Assembly (NCBI GenBank): GCA_020184695.1
Contig: JAANOX010000004.1
Coordinates: 248,001 to 312,000 of the forward strand
Source of the DNA: Histomonas meleagridis 2922-C6/04-290x
Lineage: Eukaryota; Protista; Parabasalia
DNA: 64,000 nucleotides
Reading direction: 5' to 3'
The notes beneath the pieces are model-generated. The model worked only from the letters and a program-made list of their open reading frames with translations. It was not told where the DNA came from and did not search any database. A program made the position numbers and the translations under genes. Of this stretch, positions 42,475 through 53,500 are shown one piece after another; the stretch's first letter is position 1; each line of letters opens with the position of its first letter.

Positions 42475-44634
42475 ATGCAAAAGACGAATCAAAAGTTTGA
42501 CCACTGGGAAATGCTAACATCATTTAAGCAAATAATTTTTAATTTAAACAAAGAAAATATTACACAATCGGTTAAATCAATAATTAAAAATTTTGATGAA
42601 AATTATCCAATATCTTTTAATATAATTATCTGCCGAATGATATATATAGCGCTTGGAATAAAAATGAATGATTTTGAATTATTTTTGAATTTTATGCAAG
42701 AAATTGAAACATTTGAAGATGATAACAAAACAAATTCCAGAATTTTAGATGTTTTCGCATGCTTTCTAAACAAATTAGTTCCCACTCCAAAATCATATTA
42801 TCTTAATTGTTTGATTGAGCAGAAAATCATTGATCCAAAAATCGTCAAAAGCACACATAACTTATTTTTTTTACATTATATGTCTAATGACCAAAGAAAT
42901 CGATTTATAAATGATGAAAATCCAAAGCGACTAAATTATGAAGAACTTTCAAAGAATGATTGGGAACTTCATAAGAAATATATTAAAGAAGGACATAATC
43001 CAAATGAAATTGCAAAAATAATTCGAAATGATGAAATAGAAAAACTTCAAGAAGTGTCATCACAAACAAAATTTGATTTTAATCAGATCATTGAACCATC
43101 AATTTATGAGAGATGTTCATTTGTTAATGGCTGGAATGTTACATTAATTGATTATGCAGCATCTTCTGTTAAATGTTTTAAATATTTACTTATGAATGGA
43201 GCAAATGTAGAAAACACAGGTAAATATGCTGTTGGAAGTGGGAATGAAGAAATTATTCATTTATGTGAACAAAATCATTCAACATTTGAAGGTGCATTTG
43301 AAGCAGCAATTAAATTTCATCGAAATAATATCTTTAAATATCTTTATGAAAATAAAATTAGTGAAATTGAGAAATTAGAAGAATTAGGAATTAAATGTAT
43401 TTCACATCATAATTATGAAATTTTTGAATTTTTGCAAAAGGAAGGTATGAAGATTGATGATGATATTATTAATGAATCAGCAATAATTGGAAATATATAT
43501 CTCATTGAAGATTTTCTTCGAGAAAACAAAATTCCTAAAAAAATTTTAGCATTTTCTGCAATATCAGGAAATGTCGAACTTGTTAAATATATTATAGAAA
43601 AAGATGAAATTAATATTAATACTAAAGTTATTTATTAATCACATTTTATATTAATTTTAATAATTTTGGGATATTTTAAAATAATTTTTAAAAATTATTT
43701 AAAATATTTAAAACACCACTTATGTTAGCATCAGAAAAAGGTAATTTTGAAGTAGTTAAATTACTTCTCGAGCAAAAAGGAATTGATATTAATGCTAAAG
43801 GTATTTTTTTGTTTTATTTAATATTTATTTTAATAATTTTTTATTTCAAAATAATATTTGGAAATTTTATATTTTATTTGATACAGCACTCATTAAAGCA
43901 TCTGAACATGGTTATACAGAAATAGTCAAATTACTTCTTGAACAAGAAGGAATTGATATTAATGCTCAAAATATTTATTTGTATCATTCAATTTTTGTGA
44001 TAAAGATTTTATGTTATATTAAAATCATTGGAATTTTTACAAACTATTTTTAACAGCACTAATTTGTGCATCTTTAGAAAGCTATAAAGAAATAGTTAAA
44101 TTACTTCTTGAGCAAGAAGGAATTGATATTAATATCACAGATATTTATTTATAAGATTTTGTATATATTTTAAAATTTTGATATTTTAAAATGATATTTG
44201 GAATTTATTTAATTTATTTAATACAGCACTTATGTTAGCATCTAGATTTGGTTACATAGAAATAGTTAAAATACTTCTTAAACAAGAAGGAATTAATGTT
44301 AATAATAAAGATGATTAAATATTTAGTTTCATATTTGTTTTGATAATTTTATGAAATTTTAGGATATTATTTGGAAATTACTTAAAGAATTTAAATCAGC
44401 ACTTATTTGGGCAACTAGAAATCGTAATACAGAAATAGTTAAATTACTTCTTGAGCAAGAAGGAATTGATATTAATATCACAGATATTTATTTATAAGAT
44501 TTTGTATATATTTTAAAATTTTGATATTTTAAAATGATATTTGGAATTTATTTAATTTATTTAATACAGCACTTATGTTGGCATCTAAAAATGGTTACAA
44601 AGAAATAGCTGAACTACTTCTTGAACAAAAATGA
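42475..44634 (+). CDS. DUF3447-type ankyrin gene, locus 2: head plus 6 spacer-separated ankyrin cassettes
   Basis: Head ORF 42475-43638; cassettes start at 43713, 43883, 44053, 44223, 44396 and 44566; final TGA at 44632-44634. Confidence 0.8.
43630..44634 (+). repeat. Spacer/ankyrin cassette array; spacers 83, 80, 80, 80, 83, 80 nt
   Basis: Direct count; spacers 44143-44222 and 44486-44565 are identical. Confidence 0.9.
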
Positions 44635-44947
44635 AGTTAGTGCGTAAAATATATATTTGAATAATTTGATGTTTCAAAATCATATCTGAATTTTTTTCAT
44701 TATTTCGAAATTTACTTGCAGAATTAATAAACAGAAATAGTTAAATTACTTATTAGAAAGGATACGTTCCTTGATACCAATTCTAATAATATCCCCCTTA
44801 AATAATTTAATAACAGTTAAAACTCATTATTATGGGATAAAAACATATACAAAATTTAATAATAAAACAATACAGTGTATATTTTTTTTTCTTAATAACC
44901 ACTTTTTGGTGTCTGTTTGTCAACTTTCTCAATATTAAACGTAAATA

Positions 44948-46143
44948 ATGAGGAAAGGTGAAGAAAATATGAAAAATAAACAATTTTACTGTGAATGGGA
45001 AATACTTTTATCCATTAAACAAATAATTTTTGATTTAAATAAAGGAAATATATTACAAGCATCAAAATTGGTTATTCGTAAAATTAGTGAAAAATGCTCA
45101 TTAACTTTTAGTGTAGTGGTTGCTCATATGTTAAGCTCATTATTTATTGCAATAAATATTCTGATATAATTTTCAATTTTATTATAGAAATTGAAACATT
45201 AGAGAAGGAGGATAATATTAAATTAAATATTCTAAATATATTTACCCAACATCTTCTTCACTATGAAATTGATGAATCATATTATCTTATAATGAAACGA
45301 TTTCACATCAATATTTATAACTAAAAATTACTAATATAAAAAATAATCCTCATTTTACATTCTACACATATGAAATAACACAAGATATGTTTTTATACAG
45401 TGGTGTCAAGCATTTTAAATATATAAAGCAAATTAAAAATAATTATGAAGAACTTTCAAAGAATGATTGGGAACTTCATAAGAAATATATTAAAGAAGGA
45501 CATAATCCAAATGAAATTGCAAAAATAATTCGAAATGATGAAATAGAAAAACTTCAAGAAGTGTCATCACAAACAAAATTTGATTTTAATCAGATCATTG
45601 AACCATCAATTTATGAGAGATGTTCATTTGTTAATGGCTGGAATGTTACATTAATTGATTATGCAGCATTTTTTTCTTCTGTTAAATGTTTTAAATATTT
45701 ACTTATGAATGGAGCAAATGTAGAAAACACAGGTAAATATGCTGTTGGAAGTGGGAATGAAGAAATTATTCATTTATGTGAACAAAATCATTCAACATTT
45801 GAAGGTGCATTTGAAGCAGCAATTAAATTTCATCGAAATAATATCTTTATGAAAATAAAATTTGAGAATTTAGAAAAATTATTTAAAATGTTTGACACAG
45901 TAATCATTAAAGCATCTGAATGTGGTTATATAACGAAATAGCTAAATTACTTCTTGAACAAAAAGGAATTGATGTTAATGTTCAGGATATTTATTTGCTT
46001 TGTTTATATTTAATTTTAATAATTTAATATTTCTAAATAATATTTGGAAAATATTTAAAATATTTAAAACAGCACTTATTTACTCATCTCAAAATGGCCG
46101 TACAGAAATAGTTAAATTACTAAATGAAAAAGGGGCTAATTAA
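44948..46143 (+). pseudogene. Disrupted DUF3447-ankyrin paralogue, locus 3 (frameshifted head, internal deletion, 2 cassettes, one complete 80-nt spacer)
   Basis: 44948 frame is homologous to the locus 2 N-terminus; 45441-45849 nearly identical to 42934-43336; spacer 45989-46068; last cassette ends TAA 46141-46143. Confidence 0.75.
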
Positions 46144-46461
46144 AATTTTTAATATTAATCGGTTCCAATGATACATCATAAATTGCAGAAATGCTCTTTC
46201 AAATACCTTATCTTTTCGCATGTTGAAGTTAGATTCTTTGCTTTATTGGTTCGAGTTCTTTTTTCTTTTTCTTTTCCAACTTTTGGATCTCATCATCGAA
46301 CTCTAAAAATCAAACCCAACATTTTTGCTCTAAAATGTTATAAATTACCAAGTTTATTCATGATGAAATACTTTATAATTATAAAACATAATTATTTTTG
46401 GGTTTAAAAAAAATTAACAAAGTTTGTTTTACTTGAAATGTGACATTTTATCGTCTGTCAG

Positions 46462-47448
46462 ATGAAGACAACAGGGTTCTGCCTTTTCGAATATGATGAC
46501 AATCAAGAAACATTAATAACCTTTATATACCCAAGCGTAGATAATGATTTGAGAACAGTTATTCTTGAAACTGCCAACTTTCTTATTTCTTCCAATTCAC
46601 TATCCTTATTCTCATCATATAAATCGAAGTATCTATATTTTGAGGCGCTAAAAAACACTAACAAAACAAATGATGTACGCCTTTATGGAATTTGTGTTAT
46701 AACTGATGATCTTCATCCAACAATGTATTCAACATTTGCACAAATCTTATGCAAAATGTACGTAGACACGGAAAATTCACCAAAGATTCTTCGTGCTTTT
46801 TTATCAGCCCAAACAGATGGAGTTTTGGAATATCAAAAATTATCATTTTCAGATGACAATTATGAGGATTGCTTCCATGAGTGCTCGTTTGACGTTCTTC
46901 TGGATCGTGTATTACAATACATCCCAATTATTTGGCAAGCAGTTGTAACCGGAAAATCTATTGCTGTCTATTCCCCTGAAGTTGCCATCCTTCAGTCATG
47001 CGCTGTTCCTATCCTTTCCCTTTGTATCCCAGGAAATCGTCCATTACTTCCACTTGTCATCGAAAATTCAAGTCTTCAAACAGAAGCAGCAGAAGACCTC
47101 AAATACCCGATTTGGTGCTCCTGTGATCCCTCAGTTCTTTCCAATCGCTTTGATTTGGTTATTGATTTGTCTTCAAGAAATGTGAAGTTATCTCCATCAT
47201 TTGCTAAGGAAGCAGGAAAATCAAACCTTTTGGAAAGCTTAATGAATTCTATCAATGAGACAACAGCATCTGATGCGAGTGTTGCTGATACTCTTGAACA
47301 ATTCAATCAACAAATCATTAATATGTTAAGAATGGTTAAAACAAGGCTTGGTGACCTATCACCTCAGTCTATTTCATCAGTTAATCTACCAGCAAGCACA
47401 AAGCTGGTCTTAACAGCAATTGCCTCTTGTGGCATATTGAACATTTAA
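46462..47448 (+). CDS. DENN-like domain protein (DENND10/FAM45-like)
   Basis: Longin-like N-terminus (FCLFEYD...FIYPSV) and PIIWQAVVTGKSIAVYSP cDENN-like segment. Confidence 0.6.
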   Translation: MKTTGFCLFEYDDNQETLITFIYPSVDNDLRTVILETANFLISSNSLSLFSSYKSKYLYFEALKNTNKTNDVRLYGICVITDDLHPTMYSTFAQILCKMYVDTENSPKILRAFLSAQTDGVLEYQKLSFSDDNYEDCFHECSFDVLLDRVLQYIPIIWQAVVTGKSIAVYSPEVAILQSCAVPILSLCIPGNRPLLPLVIENSSLQTEAAEDLKYPIWCSCDPSVLSNRFDLVIDLSSRNVKLSPSFAKEAGKSNLLESLMNSINETTASDASVADTLEQFNQQIINMLRMVKTRLGDLSPQSISSVNLPASTKLVLTAIASCGILNI

Positions 47449-47589
47449 AAATCTTTTTACATAACATTTGTTTTTCACATAACATGTCATGAGGACAAGG
47501 CGTTTCCGTATCGTTATTATTTTTGAATGAGCGAAAATAATTATTCAATACTTTATAAAACGGTTTGATGTGTACAGGTTCAAGGCAAA

Positions 47590-50500
47590 GTGACTTCAAT
47601 CACACCATATTTTGAATCAAATCAGCTTTGTTATGAGATTCTTTCTTTACAGTTAACTCAAAGTGCTCCAATGCTAAATGATATTCCTTCATTTGGTATA
47701 AAAACATTTTATCAAAATTATTCACAAGCTGAACTTAAATTAATCAAAAAGGAATTGGAGAAAACAGATTTCATTAATATCTTGCTTGCACATAAATTTC
47801 CGTTTACATTTAATATTGATTTTTTACAATCAATAAATGATTTTTTCCAAAAAATTATCCCACATATCAACAACGTTAGTTTATTAACATTATATTTTTA
47901 TCTTGCATGGCAAATTTTATCGAGCGAAAACGAAATTGTAGGATTTGATCAATTGTTTAATACATTAATTAAACTATCATCTAATACAAGTGGGAAAATT
48001 CAAGCTCTTCTTATTTCTGCCTCGTATCATTCACTTTGCAAATATTTTGACTGCACAGTTCAAAGTGAATCAACAAATCCTTTACCATATTTCAAGCAAT
48101 TTTTCTCATTAAATGTAAAATTTGATAAACGATACTTTAATATTTTGCCGTCCGTTATTAATTATATTCTCAATCTTAACGATTCTAATTTAGAAATTGA
48201 ATTTTTGGAATTTATTGGAATTCTAATTGAAGAAGAGTCCAAAACAATTTCCAAAAAAGTTTCTAATGATATTTTATCTATCATAATAAATCAACTTTCT
48301 AATCAATTCATTATTATCTTACAATTTTATTTACATTTATCGAAATGTCTTCCAGAAGAAGATAACATAAGTGTCATATCAATGTTTATAAGTTCAATTT
48401 CACATAGTATTACACAAGGCGAATCTTTTTTAAAAATTAATTGGACAAATGAATCAACAAAACATATTCTTCCAAAAATCACTAAATATGAAATCTTATT
48501 AGAATTTAATGAAAAAGAAACATTTAAAAATGGAATCGATTTAAAGTCAGTAATTATCTTTCCTGAAATTATTGATTTTAAACATTTGATTCGTAATGAT
48601 ATACTTCATCGTTTATCATTAATATTATTCGCAACTTCTAATAATGAAAATGTTTTTCATTCTTTGTTGGATCATATTAAAATCATAATAAAAAGTTTGA
48701 AAAATGATAAATATAAATTAGATTTTTATTGTTTGTTTTTATATCTTTGTTATAATTCTAATGATTTATTACGTGAAAATGATATAAATGATGTTCTTTT
48801 AGAACCTCCTTTTTTTGACCCGAATTATACTGTTTTTAATAAAGATGAAAATTATAAAATTATTAATTCGTTACGATTTTATGTTTTTAATATTTTAACT
48901 TCATTAAATCAAAAATATTTACATTTGATCTTATTAAAATGGAATCAAGAGCCATATTTATTTGCTGAAATTTGTCATCGAATTATTCAACATGTACAAA
49001 ATTTCCAATTTGATCGAATAACAATTAAATCTTTAAGTAAATCCTTAATGAAATCATCGATATATTATCAACATTTAAATTATGAAATGAATAATAACAC
49101 AATTGAAATTGCTCGTGGTGCACTCTTGTTATTAATATCAAATTTATTATTAAATCAAGAAAATTTGATATTATTTTTTAATGAATATTATTTCATATCT
49201 TTTTTCTTATCTTTTTTGTTTGAGAAATCACTTTGTCAATTTGTTTTAACAAATTTATATAAATATTTCACTAATAATAAAACTGGTATATCAGAAAATG
49301 TAATAAATTTTCTTCAAAAGATTATTCAAGTTTGTTTACCATTATTTCCTGAAGAAAATTATGTTAAATTAGTCACAGAAATTATTAATGTCATGAATAA
49401 TACATTTATAATATTAAAAACTTTTCAAGATTCTTATGATTCATTTTGTTTTTTATTATTAAAATCAAATATTAATACAAATAATTCGGAATCAATGAAA
49501 AATTTCGTTTTGCAATTCTTACAATTTTGTGATTATATTTTTTCATTTAAAGTTTTAAATGAATCTCAATTAAATTTCTTATTTAATTTGATTCAAAATA
49601 CTTTTGGTAATAAAATACCAAAAAAATTATTACAAAAAATAATACAATTACTTGCTGGCGAATGTATAACTTCATTTGAACCAATTTTTACTATACGTCA
49701 ACCGAACATATTAAAATATTTAATAAAAATAGTATTAAATAATTCGAAATTAATAAAAATCATAAAATTTATTAATGATTTAGTTCTATTTAGTAAGAAA
49801 AATGCAATTCAATGTAATAATTCTAAATTTGATTTATATTTAATTGATTTAATAAAATCCCAAAATAACGAAGAAGTAATTAAAAGTTTATTAAATTTAT
49901 TCCAAAATATAACAATTTTAGTTTCATCAGTAGATGTAGTTCAACATTATATTACATTATTTTCACCAATTAATAATGAACATATCTCCGAATTTTATGA
50001 TCTTTATTTACAAACAATGAATTCGATTATTATGTCATCAACAAATTATCCAACTGCTTCAATCCCAATGATATATAATCAAGCAGCAATCGAAATAAAT
50101 GGAATAACAGGTGTTGAATTAGATGAAGGCTTTACATTTACGTTTTGGATATATTTAGAATCATCGATATCACAATATACTCCATATATATTTTTCGTGC
50201 AAGATAAAACTATTAAAGATAAATCAATTTTAGCGTTTATATCTGAAGGACATTTATTTATTAAATTCCAAACTTATCAAGATGATTCTACTGGAAAAGT
50301 TGATTTAGATATACCAACTGAAAAATGGGTATTTATAGCACTTAGATTTTATTCTAATGAGAATTTCTTATGTTTAGTTCCATACATAGGTTGTAATCAA
50401 GGCCGACCTTTAGAATTCGAATTATTTCCATTCCAACTTGATAATATTTCGTTTCATATTGCTGGCTCTTGTATAAATTCTACAACGCCTTTAATTCCAT

Positions 50501-53500
50501 CAAGATTTGGTACATTTGGAATATTCCCTGAATTAAATAATGAGACAATTACATTAATTTGGTTATTAGGACCACATGGTAAAGGTAAATTACCAATAAA
50601 TCCATATGTATTTGTAACAATGGAAGAAGAAAATGGATTTGTTAAGTTAAATCCTTTGATTAATAATAATAAAATTGATGTTAAACTTAAACAAAATGAT
50701 ATTAAATCCGAAATTAATTTCTTTACTTCATTAATATATTTATGTAAAATTGAAATTTTATTACCATTATTTGAACAAGTTAATAAAATTACAATGAAAA
50801 AGAATTATTTCCCTTTATTATTAAATATAATTGTTGAATTATTTGGAAATATTTTTTCTCTTTCGACATATGCACAAAATTCATTTTATAATTCACATGG
50901 ATTTCAAATTATTTCATATTTATTATTAATATTACCTGATAAATTTATTAATTATTCATTGTTTATACAATTTAATAAGTTAATGTTAATATTAACAAAT
51001 GAAAAACTTCAATTAGATTTATTATATTATATAATACTTGAACCTGAAATTTGGTTAAAAACAGACGCCGAAAGTCATTTAAAAATACTTAGATATTGGG
51101 ATAGAACGATCTTTCCTTCGATGTTAAATATTTTGTCGAAACAATTCCAACAAATTCTTTATTTCATGAGAGTTTATTATTGGTATAATATTTCGAATGA
51201 AGAAAAAGAATTTATTAAATGTGAAAAACGTGTTCGAGGCGAAGTATTAAATGTTTTGGAATGTCGACAATTATTATCACATATAGCGATACTTTTAGCT
51301 AATGAAAGTTTTACTAATTTGGATTATCAATGTTTAATGAGTCATTGTTTAACATGTTCTGATAGTCGACAAGTGAATGATCTTTTAATCATTATAAAAG
51401 GAATTTGTGAAATAAATTATCAAATTTTAATTTCGGATGAAATTGATATTGTTTCATTTCTTTATATGTTATTACCTCGACGTAATCATGAAATGATTTG
51501 TTTAATAATAGAAATAATTATTTTGTTCTATCATAATAATATATTATTTGACCCTCCGTTAAATTATCATTTAGAAAACATTATAAGTCAATTGTCTCCT
51601 TCGATTATTAATAAAGAATTCTTTTATAGAGTTGGTGAATCAATACAAAATAATTATTTCGAAATGTTCCAAATACTTTGTTGGATTGGAATTAATAAAA
51701 AAATCGATGACGATGATATATTATTAATGATACAACAATTAAAACCAAATGAAAAATTTGTTACTTCATTTAATTGGTGTTTTTGGCCAATTGTTTTATG
51801 TATTTATAGAAATTCGTTTAATATACAATATAATGTTTTAATGTTTTTGAATTTATGTTCCAATTCTCAATGGGAAAATATTTATTTGTTTATTCATATA
51901 ATATCTTTAGCTTTAAATATTAATTCATATAATATCGAAAATTTGTTTTTAAATTGTATTGTTGAAATAATCGAAAATAATTCGAAAGATAAATTTAAAG
52001 AAATTTCAATTTTTTCTTCGATTTTATGTACATTTTTATTTAGTAATAATAATAATTTTGTTTGTAATGAAAAACTAATTAATGATTATAAAGAAAGTCC
52101 ATTTTTTTCCCAATATACACTTCAATCACTTAATAAAACTAATTTAAATCAAATTAATAAACAAAAAACAAGGAAAAACGTTCATAAAAAAGCATTTTCA
52201 TATATACAAAGAAGTCACCATGACTTAATTGATGATATACTTATAAAAATTGAAAGTAATAATAAACATAATGTTAATAATAATGATAAAACACCAAATG
52301 AAATAAAAGATATAATTTTAAATTATCAATATAATTATCATAATTCATTTCATATTAGAATTGATTCAAATGGGAAATTAAATGATTCAGAACTTATCGA
52401 ATCAGCAATTAATTTATATATAAAATATCCTAATAAACAATATTTAAAATTCTATTTATATATATTATCAATTTTAATACATGAAAAACCCGAATTTTCG
52501 ATTAAATCGATAAAAACAATTTTATTGAATTTAACAAAAGAAGATATCCAATTAAACATAAATTATTTTTATTTCTTTCATAAACATTGTAAAAAAATCG
52601 GAATAAAATTTGATTTATTTAATGAAAATGTAATATTTAAAAAGAAAGAGTTTAAATCATTTCAAAAAGAATTAAAAAATTTACCAAACTTAAATAAATT
52701 CGCATCACAAATTCTAATTACATTACAAGAAATATTTAATTCAACAATTGATTTAATTCATTCTTTAAATTATTTTCAAGATGATTTAGTTTCGATTTCA
52801 TTAACTAATTTAACATTAAAAAATGAAGAAATTTTATTAAAACGAAATCAAAGTCAACATTTTTGGTTAAAGTTATGGAGAATGTATTCATATAATCCGA
52901 CATCTTGGAGTAAAAACTTTTATAAAAACTCGAATTTAAAGCGTGACAATACATTATGTAATGATTTATTACCAATTAAACTTAAAATTAATTGGAAAGA
53001 AAAATTAAAATTTAAAGAAATTGAAGAAGACGAATTAAATCTACAATTAAATTATATTACAAATGAAGAAAATAATGGACTTTTATATTCGAATTTACAA
53101 TGTAATTTAATAAAAACTTTTAGTACTAAAAAAATTTCATTTGATTTATATCTTGATCGAATAGAAATTAAATTTTCTTCTTCTTCTTCATTCGAAGATA
53201 AAATTAATAAAATATATTTCCGTGAAATTAAATATTTATTTTGTCGTTCTATAAATAATATACAACAAAATTCCATTGAAATATTTACTTATAATGGGAA
53301 AACTTATTTAATACAATTCGATGATGCACAACAAGCATTTTTAATATTAAGAAGAATATCATTTATGCATGTAACTAATATAAAATTGATACAAATAAAT
53401 CCATTTTTACAAAACTTTCATCAATATACTTTAACACCTTTATGGGTACGAAATAAAATTTCTAATTTTTCTTACATTATACATTTAAACTTAATGAGTG

